Positions 20,390 through 30,719 of a stretch of DNA of 64,000 bases are shown one piece after another (position 1 is the first letter of the stretch; every line of letters starts with the position of its first letter). The stretch lies in assembly GCA_943368895.1 (NCBI GenBank), contig CALRLV020000001.1, forward strand, positions 861-64,860, given 5' to 3'. Origin of the DNA: Ferrovibrio terrae (lineage in GTDB: Bacteria > Pseudomonadota > Alphaproteobacteria > Caulobacterales > Aquidulcibacteraceae). The notes beneath the pieces were generated by a model, which worked only from the letters and a program-made list of their open reading frames with translations, searched no databases and was not told the origin of the DNA. The translations under genes were made by a program, and so were the position numbers.

Positions 20390-21352
20390 TTACTGTGGTG
20401 CCCGAATGAGGCGCCGGAAACGGGTAAAAGTGTCTTCGCCAAGCAAACTTGAAAAGGCCAAAAGGCAACGCGGATCATATGGTTCTCTGTCTAACCAAGA
20501 CCAAGGTTCAAAGCGTGCGCCTGCTCGAAGCAAGGCTGAATCGATTTTCTCCACTTCAGTGACCCAATTCGCTGACACTGGTTTGGCACTTTCGATCCTA
20601 ATGCTACCATTATTTTTGAAGTAAACTTCATAGATCGGATCGTCTCCATCATCTGTGTGGTTGCACCCGACTTCAACTCGAGTTGCGTCGGCCCAAAGGC
20701 GGATCGTAGGATGGGCCAAAAAGGTGTGTTGTTGTTCATATCGGTCAATAAAAAAGAGGGAGTACGCGTTAAGCTCGCGCGCCGTTGTCATGATTGACGC
20801 TAGGGCTAAGGCGGCACTCAAAAGGCCAAGGCGTTTTGCCGACAAAAGCATGAACCGCCTTATAAATCCCTCTGGCTGAGGATCTTCCGCACGTTCGCAA
20901 CTCAACATCCGAGCACGAGTTCCCGCTGCGCGAAAAGTCCCCCAAGAGCTTGCGATGGCCAAATAAAACTCTGCTGCAGCAAGCTTTGGCACAAACGCTG
21001 CGATAGTTAAGCTGATCCATGAACAAATAAAAATCCAAGCGAAGATCCCAATCAACAGCCCGATGCCAAAGTTATGATAGTAAAGGAGCGCTCCCGAAGA
21101 CTTGGCGGCAGAAAGCGCATTTTGCTCGATTTGCGCTTCGAGAATAGGCCAAACCCACAACCATCCGACTATGATGCCCACGACGAACACAATGTAAAAA
21201 GATAGCTTCGGCCATGGAATTAGAGGTGCTTCTTGATGGCGCAGATAGACAGCGACGAAACGCGGGACGCCGATGCTCACAAGCTCCTCTTCAGTCATTA
21301 TCCCGTCGTCATCACTCATGAACACCTCGCAATTGGCGTACCTACAGCCCAC
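20390..21352 (-). CDS. Hypothetical membrane protein
   Basis: 320-aa ORF with about 3 hydrophobic segments; likely start MSDDDG (21319). Confidence 0.65.
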   Translation of the reverse strand: MGCRYANCEVFMSDDDGIMTEEELVSIGVPRFVAVYLRHQEAPLIPWPKLSFYIVFVVGIIVGWLWVWPILEAQIEQNALSAAKSSGALLYYHNFGIGLLIGIFAWIFICSWISLTIAAFVPKLAAAEFYLAIASSWGTFRAAGTRARMLSCERAEDPQPEGFIRRFMLLSAKRLGLLSAALALASIMTTARELNAYSLFFIDRYEQQHTFLAHPTIRLWADATRVEVGCNHTDDGDDPIYEVYFKNNGSIRIESAKPVSANWVTEVEKIDSALLRAGARFEPWSWLDREPYDPRCLLAFSSLLGEDTFTRFRRLIRAPQ

Positions 21353-21501
21353 TTCAAAAGGCGTATCAATCCTCTAACGCCTAAGCCAGTTCAGAGCGGT
21401 CATCAACCTTGAGCTCTAGTGGTTCAACTCTTTTAGAATTTAACCATGAGCCTATGGCATCCTTAAACGAATTTGGAGTGCACTAATTACTTGGGCCATA
21501 G

Positions 21502-21638
21502 AATGTCCGCTTTCGAGCAACCCGCAACCCGCCCCAAATGGCAACCTCTGGCGCATTTGAGACTGTCGGCATTTCAGCGGAACTTGGCCGAAAGCGGATG
21601 GTCTGGTTTGGGGCGTGTGGCGGACATAAGCGGACGTT
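21502..21638. repeat. Full 137-bp palindromic element
   Basis: Terminal inverted repeats AATGTCCGCTT / AAGCGGACGTT; central TGGCGCATTTGAGACTGTC..TTGGCCGAAAG. Confidence 0.88.
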
Positions 21639-21763
21639 GTCAAACAGACCATGGAAATCCGACAATCGAGCACAACAATGCGCCGAGAAATCGGTGGTGA
21701 GGTTGACTGATTTGGGCGTGAATTCTCCTTCTATTTCATTTGGATCTCGAGTATTTTTGGGGA

Positions 21764-22069
21764 ATGAGCGCACAAAAAACCCGAATAATGTATATTGAAG
21801 ACAAGTCCGGCGGATTAAATGGGCCAGCACGGATTGGTCGGGTAACCTTTTCGAAGACCGGAAGATCGGTACATTATGGCGGGCGCACTTTTCAGAAAAT
21901 GAAAGGGTACAAGGCCAACTACTTTGATGTGGATATGGGTGATGAGTACTGGATTTCCGGCCCGCGCAAAGATGGGCGGGACCGCTTGTATGATGGCACC
22001 ACGATGCTAGTCGAAATTGATGATGACGTAAGCCTTGAATACTGGCGCGACATCCGAGGGCAGACTTGA
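21764..22069 (+). CDS. Conserved small hypothetical protein
   Basis: RIMYIE..ARIGRVTFSKTG..YWISGPRKDG.DRLY resembles a widespread ~100-aa family of unknown function. Confidence 0.7.
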   Translation: MSAQKTRIMYIEDKSGGLNGPARIGRVTFSKTGRSVHYGGRTFQKMKGYKANYFDVDMGDEYWISGPRKDGRDRLYDGTTMLVEIDDDVSLEYWRDIRGQT

Positions 22070-22168
22070 CGCCGGCCCTCTGCCTGCCGGCCAATTTAAA
22101 CAGGGCTACACTAACCAGAGGGCATAGAAGAAATTGCAGACAAGGATTACGCGTGCTTAGCTCAGCTC

Positions 22169-22849
22169 ATGTTTACCAAACTCTCGACGCCTAAGTTCGC
22201 GACGGAAGGCGCACAGCTATTCCAAGGCGCGCTGCTCACCTGTCTCGACGATTTAATTGCCGCGCTCGAACAGGTTCCAACCACTGAAGCTGGGGTCCGT
22301 CTGCATGGTGTGGCGACGCTTCATCCCTTTTTGGCCTCTAGTGGACCGATTGGGTCTATTGCGGCACAAGTCTTGGGCTCCTCTACTCGGCCGGTGCGAG
22401 CCGTTCTTTTCAACAAGTCAGCTGAGACAAACTGGTCGCTTGGGTGGCACCAGGATCGGACAATTTGCGTCAAGGTAAGACGCGCGGCACCCGGCTATGG
22501 TCCTTGGACCATAAAAAGTGGGCTGACGCATGTTGCGCCACCTTTCGAGCTGCTCACGCGGATGGTAACTCTAAGGGCCCATCTTGATGATGTGCCCGCT
22601 ACGAATGCGCCCTTACTGATCGCGCCCGGGTCTCACAAATACGGCAGGATTGCAGTAGACCAAGTCGACGAAATCGTGAGCCGATGTGGGAAGACAAGCT
22701 GCTTGGCGAAGGCTGGCGATGTGTGGCTCTATGCAACGCCAATTCTTCATGCGTCTGAAGCGGCCTCTGCGCCTACAAGCAGACGAGTCCTCCAAGTGGA
22801 TTTCGCCGCCGAAGAGTTGCCGTACGGCCTTGAATGGTTCGGAGTATGA
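22169..22849 (+). CDS. Phytanoyl-CoA dioxygenase (PhyH)-like 2OG-Fe(II) oxygenase
   Basis: WHQD, HLDD, PGSH, ILHAS and RRVLQ motifs. Confidence 0.82.
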   Translation: MFTKLSTPKFATEGAQLFQGALLTCLDDLIAALEQVPTTEAGVRLHGVATLHPFLASSGPIGSIAAQVLGSSTRPVRAVLFNKSAETNWSLGWHQDRTICVKVRRAAPGYGPWTIKSGLTHVAPPFELLTRMVTLRAHLDDVPATNAPLLIAPGSHKYGRIAVDQVDEIVSRCGKTSCLAKAGDVWLYATPILHASEAASAPTSRRVLQVDFAAEELPYGLEWFGV

Positions 22850-22928
22850 AGTCTTCACTTAAAGTATGGTGTAAGTTTTAAGTTGAAATATCCTAAAAAA
22901 TATGGACTTGATTGGTCTGCATTAGTCA

Positions 22929-23432
22929 TTGAGCGCCAAAACCTTGGAAGAAGAAGCCCTTTTTATCATCCCAACCCGGTATCGTGACAAGCACAGCAAA
23001 CTGCTCAGCTATACAGTTGGCGCAGAGTTGTTGTCGCGCGCATTCGTCGGGGTGCCTCAACTCAAATTCTTCAATTGTGACTTCACGGCGAAGGATCCCA
23101 ATTTGGAAAAGGCGAGAGATGATTGGCGGGTTATGATGGTAGGGTATCGGAAAAGGCCGCGCTCATTTTTTGATGGGAAGCATTCCGCATCCTGGGGCGT
23201 TTTCGACCCCTTCTGGGATATTAAAATCTACGCGGTGCTATCTGATCACCGCGCTGCAATCAAAAAGGCTCTCGTTGAGATTGGCCTGCCCACCATGGTG
23301 CGCCCTTGGTTGATCGAGAATGCAAGTCTTGATGGCCAAATCGGCGAGACGAAGATCACATTGCATTATGACATCTCAACCAAGACACTTTATTCCGAAG
23401 TGACCAACAACATGCTGCCCCAGCGCGCATAA
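22929..23432 (+). CDS. Hypothetical protein
   Basis: 167-aa ORF with no recognisable motif. Confidence 0.55.
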   Translation: MSAKTLEEEALFIIPTRYRDKHSKLLSYTVGAELLSRAFVGVPQLKFFNCDFTAKDPNLEKARDDWRVMMVGYRKRPRSFFDGKHSASWGVFDPFWDIKIYAVLSDHRAAIKKALVEIGLPTMVRPWLIENASLDGQIGETKITLHYDISTKTLYSEVTNNMLPQRA

Positions 23433-23562
23433 CGTTTGCATTGCTCAACGGGGCAGACTTGCCAAGGCTCGTCATTGCACAATGGCGGTTTGGCCGCACC
23501 GACGTCCCACTGCAGCCGCGACATGGTATAGATGTACAAGATCGGAAATCGTTTGCTCAGCG

Positions 23563-23698
23563 AATGTCCGCTTTGGAGGCGCTCGAAGATTGGCCCAAAT
23601 GACGAGGTTTGGCGCAATTGAGACTGTCAGCCTTTCGGCGACTTTTGGCCGAAAGGGGATGGTCTGCTTTGGGGGCGGGGGCGGCGAAAGCGGACGTT
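23563..23698. repeat. Full 136-bp palindromic element
   Basis: AATGTCCGCTTT ... TGGCGCAATTGAGACTGTC ... TTGGCCGAAAG ... AAAGCGGACGTT; collinear with 21502-21638. Confidence 0.88.
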
Positions 23699-23958
23699 GA
23701 ATGCGTTTTACGACGTTTACAAGCTTCGCCGGAGACCTCGACTTTGAATGCTCTACGAATGCCAGCGAATTGTGAGTTTTAACCTGAAATGGTACTCTGG
23801 TGCTTGGAGGTGGCTATAGTTGCGATGGTGCATTCCTGTCGGACTGCGTCCTACGTGCTGGCCTCTGAACTAAAAATACAAAAGCGGGTCGGCATTCATA
23901 AAAGATCTTCAATTCATGAGAACCGATCCATCGCACTAAACAAACCAACAAATTATCG

Positions 23959-24657
23959 GTGGAGTTTACACCAATGAACGAAATCTGGCTAGCAATCGCA
24001 CTTATGGGGTTATTTCTCGTAGTCCGGATGATGGCACGAACCCGGAAGTGGAACAGCCTGCTACCTTATTTGGTGATCCTTGCTTTGGGCACAGTGGGTG
24101 CGTCTACTTTACCTAACATTCTTCATCATTTGATCCCTTATTTCGCCGCACCTGTGGCTCTCTCGGGGTTTCTGGCGCAAGTAATCGCTACATTCATGAC
24201 AGGCTTGGCCGGCGTAGTACTTTATATCTTGATCAGCAGGGCACTTCGTTTACCTCGCTCTGAGGACTATAATCCATATGAGCACTTTCTTAAGTTGAAG
24301 CCCCCGCAATTCTTAGCGGTTCTTATCCTGTATTTTCCATGCGTTGTAATGTTGGAAGAATTGGTCTTCAGAATGGCGTTCATTGGTATAGGTTTGAGTG
24401 ATGATAGCACGCCTACAGAACAGGCCTGCCTTGTTTTCCTGTCCTCAATTGTGTTCGGCTTGGCTCACTTTTCTAAGGCAAGCCCCGGCCATGGAATTCA
24501 TGCAGGAATCGCTGGCCTTGTTTATGGTAGCGCGTTTACGATTACTGAGTCTCTCTGGGTCCCTTTTTTGGCCCACACGATACACAACATAGTCATGCTG
24601 ACTCTGCTCTATGTTCGATTTCGGAGCATTGAAGGCGAGGAGAGCGACGAAGGTTAA
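23959..24657 (+). CDS. CPBP (Abi/CAAX type II) intramembrane metalloprotease
   Basis: EELVFR, FGLAH and HTIHN motifs; multiple TM segments. Confidence 0.85.
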   Translation: MEFTPMNEIWLAIALMGLFLVVRMMARTRKWNSLLPYLVILALGTVGASTLPNILHHLIPYFAAPVALSGFLAQVIATFMTGLAGVVLYILISRALRLPRSEDYNPYEHFLKLKPPQFLAVLILYFPCVVMLEELVFRMAFIGIGLSDDSTPTEQACLVFLSSIVFGLAHFSKASPGHGIHAGIAGLVYGSAFTITESLWVPFLAHTIHNIVMLTLLYVRFRSIEGEESDEG

Positions 24658-24846
24658 TGAGCTGACATTGAAGCAAATGGCCTGTGTAGTGCCATGCAAA
24701 TGGTCTAGTCGAGACAAACTTTAGAAATGACGGGAAGCCAAACAGTATCGGCAGCAGTCACAAACAGACAAGCGGTGTTGCCGATGCAAGCTGTCATCCA
24801 AGACACCTCCGAGCTGCCGACAACTTCCGCTCCAGTCGTACTAGAC

Positions 24847-24911
24847 TGGCAATAGCTGGCCGAAAGCGGATGGACTGCTTTAGATTCGCTTTTCAAAGAA
24901 AGCAGACGAAA
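24847..24911. repeat. Right-half copy of the palindromic element
   Basis: TGGCCGAAAGCGGATGGACTGCTTT...GAAAGCAGACG. Confidence 0.75.
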
Positions 24912-24935
24912 CTACCGTCCACTTGAAGCCAAAAC

Positions 24936-26399
24936 TCACCCCGCAGCAGCGCGCGCCCTTGCAGCAAGCAAGGGATCGAGCAGCCAGCTCATGAAGGTGC
25001 GTTTGTCGGTGATGACGTCGGCCTTGAGCGTCATGCCGGGTTGAAGGGGGCGGTCTTTGCCATAGGCTTGGATGCCGGGGCCAGTCAGCGCCACGCGGAT
25101 GCGGTAGACGGGTTCCTTAAACTCGATGGGGGCTGCGAGCTCGCCTGGGCGGAGGGCTGAGCGGGCAATTTCGCGCACTTCGCCTTGGATGGCCCCAAAT
25201 TGCTGAAACGGGAAGGCATCGACCATCAGGCGCACGCGCTGGCCTTCGGTGATAAAGCCTGCCGCACGTGTGGGGGCCAAGATTTGCGCTTCCATCGGGC
25301 TGCCTTTAGGGGCGAGATTGATTAAGGGCACATTGGGGTTGGCCGCTTCACCGGGGCGAATGTTGAGGCTCGCGACCCGGCCTGCAACAGGTGCACGTAC
25401 GACATAGCCGTCTTGCACCGAAAGCTCTGTCAGCCCTGTTTCCAATTGTGTCCTGGCACTGCGCAACTGACTGGCTTCTGAGGCGCGCGCAGGCTCCAGC
25501 GCTTGGCGTTGGCGCATCAGGTCTTTGGTCTCGCCAGAGCGAGAGGCTGCCAGCGTGGCGCGCTGGCGAGCAATGTCGGCCATCTCGGCCTGATGGGTCG
25601 CACGCAGGGATTGTCGCTGGCGGTCATAATCCTTGGCCTCATCAAGGCGGGATTGAATCTGCCGGTTAAGGTCCCCCACTTGGGAGCGGGCGGCAATCGT
25701 GGCTTGCGCACGCCGATCTGCCTCGGTGCTGGCCATATAGCCCTTAGACACCAAGGTGCGGGCTTGGGCTTCGGCGCGTTCAGAAATGGCCAATTGGCCT
25801 TGGGCAAGGTCGCGGCTGGCCTCAAGGCGGCTCGCGTCGGCACGGGCAGCAATGGCGCGATCAGCCAATCGGGCATCATCCTGGGTAAAGCGATTGGCAC
25901 TGCCGCGTGCCGCCTCCATCAACCTTGCATCTTCGGCCCCAAAGCGGTCGAGCGTGGCACTGGCCCGTTCTGCTAACCTACGGCTTTCTTCAGCAAAGCG
26001 CTGGGCGCTGGCTGCGGCCTGTAGCTCAATCTCAGTCAAGCGCGCCCGGGTCTGTGCCCGCTGCAGCGGCACAATTGCGCCATCAGCGCCCGACAGGTCT
26101 AAAGCTAGCCGCATCAAGGGCTGGCCTTCGGCCACCATATCGCCCTGCCGCACCAGCACAGCATCGGCCACCCCACCACGCGGCGCATAGACAGCAGACA
26201 GGCCCGCATCCGGGGCAATCCACCCTGCGACGGTCTCTTTGCGCGCGTATTGGCCGAGGGTCAGATAGGCGGTGCCAATCGCAACGCTAATTACCGCCAC
26301 AGCACTAAACGCCGCCAGTCGCGCAGGCTGATGCAGCGTTACGCTGCCGTACACGCGGCGGCGTTGGGCTTCAATGACGGCGGGGCGGAACAGGGTCAT
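24936..26399 (-). CDS. HlyD/CvaA-family T1SS membrane fusion protein
   Basis: LFR..IEA start, TM segment, YARKETVAG, RAPVAG, DAFPFQQFG and LQPGMTLKADV motifs. Confidence 0.92.
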   Translation of the reverse strand: MTLFRPAVIEAQRRRVYGSVTLHQPARLAAFSAVAVISVAIGTAYLTLGQYARKETVAGWIAPDAGLSAVYAPRGGVADAVLVRQGDMVAEGQPLMRLALDLSGADGAIVPLQRAQTRARLTEIELQAAASAQRFAEESRRLAERASATLDRFGAEDARLMEAARGSANRFTQDDARLADRAIAARADASRLEASRDLAQGQLAISERAEAQARTLVSKGYMASTEADRRAQATIAARSQVGDLNRQIQSRLDEAKDYDRQRQSLRATHQAEMADIARQRATLAASRSGETKDLMRQRQALEPARASEASQLRSARTQLETGLTELSVQDGYVVRAPVAGRVASLNIRPGEAANPNVPLINLAPKGSPMEAQILAPTRAAGFITEGQRVRLMVDAFPFQQFGAIQGEVREIARSALRPGELAAPIEFKEPVYRIRVALTGPGIQAYGKDRPLQPGMTLKADVITDKRTFMSWLLDPLLAARARAAAG

Positions 26400-28441
26400 G
26401 GACGCGTACTGGATTGACTTTGCGCTAGACCTAAATCTTTTAAGAGTGGCGTTGATGCCCTTTGGTGAACTATCTGAGCAAAAGTTGCCCGGTCCCTACT
26501 TCTGAAGGATAGACGAGAAAGACTATGCCCGCCGCCGCCGGTAAAGATGGTTCCAACGAGGCATCGTTTCGCCTTTAGCTTAGAAGCAAAAACTTCCGCC
26601 TGCGAGAAAAGTGTCCTATCATCATTCTGCGCATGAAAGAGCAAAAATTTTGTGCCATAACAGAAGTCAGGTGTAGCGGTGATCGCAGCATTGAGTTCCA
26701 ATTGATCTTGAATCTTGTGAAACCCTGACATGTCCTCGTTTGAGCCAAGCAAAACCCAATCATACGCCCCAGAGAACATAATTGCGCCACTATACAGGTC
26801 GGGGCGACTTAGCGCTGCTTGAACAGCTGTACTTGTCCCAGCGCTGCCGGCTCTGAGCGTAATGTTCCCGGCAAGTGTCGGGAAAGTAGCGATCAGCCTC
26901 TCCGACAATTCATTAATGGCCTCTACAGTCAGCTTTCGATTTGGCGTTGCTGATGACGTGGCAAACAATCTGCCAAAGTCGCCGTCACCTGGAAGGATGG
27001 CCTGCGCAACCCAATGTTCGTCTAGAAGCGGGTCAAAAGGTCGAATAAATTCGTTTGGTGATTGCGCGGTTCCGCCTACAGCACCATATAGGTCAATAAT
27101 GATTGATTTTGGGGATGCCATAATTGATTTCGTGATGACCAATGCAGGGCTCGGCATAGAACTTCCATCTTCCTGATTTAGACGCAAGACAAAGGTTTGG
27201 GCGTGAGCCTGATCTTTAATCGGCAGGTGGCTCTCTGCGGAAATTTCCGGCGCGATTAATACCGTGGTTGTCTCGCAGTTTCTGTTTGTTCCGGTTGCGC
27301 CTGTGGAAAGCGCAAAGTGTTGAAAGCTAAGCCGCCGACCAGGTGCTTCCCTGCGAAGCTCAACACCGGCAATGAGGGGAGAAGCCCAGACACGCAGGCG
27401 CGCCAGAGGGCTTGGTTCGCTTAACGCATTTAAGGTTAGAATGCCGGCTCGGTTTCTGCATACAAACTTTAGCGCAGACCCTGTTTTGGAGCCCGTGATA
27501 ACATAGATATCACCGCTCTTATCAACTTGAGGCGGTATTGATTGGATGAGCTCATCGGGCAAATCCAGGTCAGTAGCAAAGTTTTGAAATGATATTTGAC
27601 CAGAGCCTGAGACAATTGCATGCAATTGGGTTAACCCGGCCACAGATCTTGGCGCTGCACCTCGGGGAAAGTCGACTGCTACGCCGAAGAGTGCACTTGA
27701 ACCTGCCGGTGCAGCTGACCATGCACCATAAAAAAAAGTGTGCATTTCGTCGTATAAGATCCGCTTTGGCCCTAAGGTTTGCTCAAAAATTGTTGCAATT
27801 TTTCTCTCCCTGTCTAACGCAAACCTCAGCATTTCAGTTTTGCCGTTTTCAGAGTAAATGGCGGGAAGAAACCCCTCAAGAAGGCCATACTTTTCTGATC
27901 GCCAGCCTTCTTCTAATTCCCCTGTTAATTCGTTGAACTTATAAAACACCGGTGTTGCTGCTGAATTGTCGATGAGGCTAAGCCTGCTTTCAAATATCGG
28001 TCCGAAGCTGAAACGCCCCGAACCGACTCTCGAAACAGCATTTGTTGCCAAATCAATTTTAAACAGGGCATTAGCTGGATTTTCCTGAGAGTTTCTTGTC
28101 TCGGTGCGAACAAGACAAAAGGAGGATTTGGATTCCTTGCACTCGAAATCTAAGACATCAAATTTTTCCCCCTCCGATGGGAGCACAATTCGTTGGAGCT
28201 TAGGGACGCCATCAGATAATCCAAGGGATGGGTTGAATGTTGTCAGGATTTGTTGGTCTTCGCTCATGCAAATTTTTACCGTGCTGACGGTACGACATTC
28301 TAGCAATCGTGGCGGGCGGGCGTTGTCTTGAGATCCTGAAATTGCAGAAACATCGCTTCCATGGGCTTCCATGCAGCCAACAACACAAAGGGCCCACGCG
28401 GCCAACCCAAATGCATTTGCTAACTGTCGATATCTGGTCAT
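26396..28441 (-). CDS. S9/prolyl-oligopeptidase-like alpha/beta hydrolase, probable lipoprotein (paralogue 2)
   Basis: AGSAG (Ser), HAQNDDR (Asp) and GGHS (His); signal ending in VVGC. The ORF-track start at 28594 belongs to an hlyD remnant. Confidence 0.65.
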   Translation of the reverse strand: MTRYRQLANAFGLAAWALCVVGCMEAHGSDVSAISGSQDNARPPRLLECRTVSTVKICMSEDQQILTTFNPSLGLSDGVPKLQRIVLPSEGEKFDVLDFECKESKSSFCLVRTETRNSQENPANALFKIDLATNAVSRVGSGRFSFGPIFESRLSLIDNSAATPVFYKFNELTGELEEGWRSEKYGLLEGFLPAIYSENGKTEMLRFALDRERKIATIFEQTLGPKRILYDEMHTFFYGAWSAAPAGSSALFGVAVDFPRGAAPRSVAGLTQLHAIVSGSGQISFQNFATDLDLPDELIQSIPPQVDKSGDIYVITGSKTGSALKFVCRNRAGILTLNALSEPSPLARLRVWASPLIAGVELRREAPGRRLSFQHFALSTGATGTNRNCETTTVLIAPEISAESHLPIKDQAHAQTFVLRLNQEDGSSMPSPALVITKSIMASPKSIIIDLYGAVGGTAQSPNEFIRPFDPLLDEHWVAQAILPGDGDFGRLFATSSATPNRKLTVEAINELSERLIATFPTLAGNITLRAGSAGTSTAVQAALSRPDLYSGAIMFSGAYDWVLLGSNEDMSGFHKIQDQLELNAAITATPDFCYGTKFLLFHAQNDDRTLFSQAEVFASKLKAKRCLVGTIFTGGGGHSLSRLSFRSRDRATFAQIVHQRASTPLLKDLGLAQSQSSTRP

Positions 28442-28558
28442 TTTACAGAACGGCCTTTTTATCCATGCCGAGCAAGCAAACAGGTTTGGCGTTATTTCGC
28501 TCGGCATGTTTCGATCCAGTTTCATCAGAATGGAATAGTTACCCCAACGCCTACAGTG

Positions 28559-28594
28559 TTGAGCTTCAATGACGGCGGGACGGAAGAGAGTCAT
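28559..28594 (-). pseudogene. hlyD 5' remnant (MTLFRPAVIEAQ)
   Basis: First 12 codons encode the same residues as the start of the intact HlyD at 26399. Confidence 0.75.
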
Positions 28595-30590
28595 GTGGGG
28601 AACTTGGCAAATCTTGGGCCAATCGCTTTGCTAATTCAAGGTCCTTAAAGAGTGGCTGCGAACCGCGTTCTCCTACCAATCGCGTAAATGCTTCTTCTTC
28701 TGGTGGTGCCATTTGAAGTCTTGATAGTTCGTGCCCACCATTGCTGAAAAAGGCTGTGCCAACTAAACATTTCTTTCTCTTCAAACGATCAACGAAGCCG
28801 CGCGCTTGAGAAGAAGATGCAATGACGTCATTCTCGGCATGGATGATAAGGAATTTCGTACCTGAACAATATTCTGGAACACCCTCAATCGCCCTATCTA
28901 GTGCCTCTTGATCCGCGGAACTATGAAAGCCTGCGAGGTTCGGGTTTTCGGCGATTTTTCGCCAATCATAGGCACCTGAAAATAAAATTGCACCCGAGTA
29001 GAGATCAGGGCGATTGAGCACTGCTTGAATAGAAATACTTGTCCCAGCACTCATTGATCTTAAGGTAATACTTCCCCTTAGTTTTGGGTAACGGCGAACC
29101 AATTCCTCAGACACTTGGTTCAGTGCTTCAAGTGTCGCTTTGCGGTTTGGAGTTGCGCCGAAATTTGAAAATTCTTTCCCAAGATCGCCGTCACCCGGCA
29201 ATACTGCTTGCGCGACCCAGAAATCATCGGACGTTGCATCAAACGGTGTAATTGCCTCGTTTGGTGCAAAAGAACTTCCAGCAACAGCTCCGTAGACATC
29301 AATAAGGACACGCGCAGGCCGAGCATTAGTTCCTTTATGCAGCACTAGCGCTGGTTGAGGAATTGAAGGTGCGCCTAACTGGGCTACTCTCAAAATCTCT
29401 TTTGATACATCCCCTTCCTCCCGGAGAAGGTCGTGGGCACGAGCGTAAATTTCGCCACCACTTAATACTCGAGTACCAGCACATTGGCGAGAAAGCCCGT
29501 GCCCTTGGCCTTCTAACTTGAAATGCTGAAAACTTATCTGACGTCCAGGTGCCTCTCTTATTACTTCTGTGCCGTCAAGCAGATTCGAGCTGCGAACCCT
29601 TAGGCGAGCGTCAAGGCTTGGTTCAAAGAGTGGCTTTAAGGTTAAAGTTCCCGTATTCGCCTTACAAATGTAATGTACGGACGGACCTTTTGGGCCGCCA
29701 ACTACGAAATACATGTCGCCATTGCGGTCTACCTGTGGCACTCGGGTCTGAATGATCCCTTCGTTTAGATCAATCGGCCATTGTGTGTAGTCCAATTGAA
29801 AACTTTGGCTCGTTGTCGATACCGCCCGAATTCCGAACAAAGTTGCAACCGTCGATCTCGCCGATCTAGGCGGAAAAGTCGGCATCAAGCCGATGGCATG
29901 CGTTGCATTCTGATTTAATGGTGCCAGAAGAGTTAAATCGATGGAACGAAATCTAGAAAAACTTAGCTCGCTGGCTTCTCCATTTTGATCGAAAAGCTTA
30001 GCCTCACCAGTGTTTGCTTCGATCAATAACCTCGCAATGTTTATTTTGCCGTTGGATCGATTAAGTGAAGGCAAAAAACCTATAATATCTCCATAACGAG
30101 GAGCGGTCCGTCCTAACTTGAGATTTTGAGAACTATCGTCATAAACGTAAGTGACTGGGGTGTCGCTAGCTCGATCAATAATACTTATCCCAGTCGTTTC
30201 GAAGGTATCAAAAAAGAATTGACCGATTTTAAGTATCCTTGAAGATCCGGTAGCAGGGTCGAGTACAAGGACTCGACCCGAAGTAACGCCATACTCCCCC
30301 TTCACGTCACCAAGCAGCAAGCAATGCTGCTTGACTTGCAACGAGCACCTCAGGTCCTTAACGCGAACTTTTTTTGGAGCTTGCAGGTCTATCTGCTGGA
30401 ACCGCCTAGACTCTGCTTTGACACTTTCACGACTTAAAACAACGTTTCCATCATTAGTGAGGCATACTCGGTTTTGTCCGATTGTCTCACATTTCGATAA
30501 AATGAAAGGTTTTGTTTCCACCGAACCTTCACATAAAGACCCGGCCAAAGCTGAGGCAGTCATCGCGAAAACAAAAGAGCTTCCAATCAT
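28566..30590 (-). CDS. S9/prolyl-oligopeptidase-like alpha/beta hydrolase, exported (paralogue 1)
   Basis: SMSAG, HAEND and GGHE triad; collinear with the 26396-28441 protein (shared RPDLYSGAI.FSGAYDW and LPGDGD.G). Confidence 0.7.
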   Translation of the reverse strand: MIGSSFVFAMTASALAGSLCEGSVETKPFILSKCETIGQNRVCLTNDGNVVLSRESVKAESRRFQQIDLQAPKKVRVKDLRCSLQVKQHCLLLGDVKGEYGVTSGRVLVLDPATGSSRILKIGQFFFDTFETTGISIIDRASDTPVTYVYDDSSQNLKLGRTAPRYGDIIGFLPSLNRSNGKINIARLLIEANTGEAKLFDQNGEASELSFSRFRSIDLTLLAPLNQNATHAIGLMPTFPPRSARSTVATLFGIRAVSTTSQSFQLDYTQWPIDLNEGIIQTRVPQVDRNGDMYFVVGGPKGPSVHYICKANTGTLTLKPLFEPSLDARLRVRSSNLLDGTEVIREAPGRQISFQHFKLEGQGHGLSRQCAGTRVLSGGEIYARAHDLLREEGDVSKEILRVAQLGAPSIPQPALVLHKGTNARPARVLIDVYGAVAGSSFAPNEAITPFDATSDDFWVAQAVLPGDGDLGKEFSNFGATPNRKATLEALNQVSEELVRRYPKLRGSITLRSMSAGTSISIQAVLNRPDLYSGAILFSGAYDWRKIAENPNLAGFHSSADQEALDRAIEGVPEYCSGTKFLIIHAENDVIASSSQARGFVDRLKRKKCLVGTAFFSNGGHELSRLQMAPPEEEAFTRLVGERGSQPLFKDLELAKRLAQDLPSSPHDSLPSRRH

Positions 30591-30719
30591 TTACCAAGTC
30601 CAAAGCTTCAATGAGCCGCTGTAGGGTTGCCTAGTCACCACTCAGTGAGTCCGAACGCTAAAGTGAGGCGCTATTCCCGCCTGCGATCGGACCCACAAGT
30701 AGCGTGCTGTTTCGCAAGG

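Noticed and set aside
22058-23462. GGGCAGACTTG 11-mer at the ends of two cargo genes
   Set aside because: Only two short copies with no extended similarity; may be chance.
21502-23698. Elements as canonical integron attC sites
   Set aside because: No consistent RYYYAAC...GTTRRRY boxes (only the 23696 copy gives GTTGAAT), cargo lies on both strands, and there is no intI in the window.
28442-28594. HlyD-peptidase fusion implied by the 732-aa ORF
   Set aside because: Only 12 hlyD codons are present, followed by non-coding-like sequence; a proper lipoprotein signal starts at 28441.
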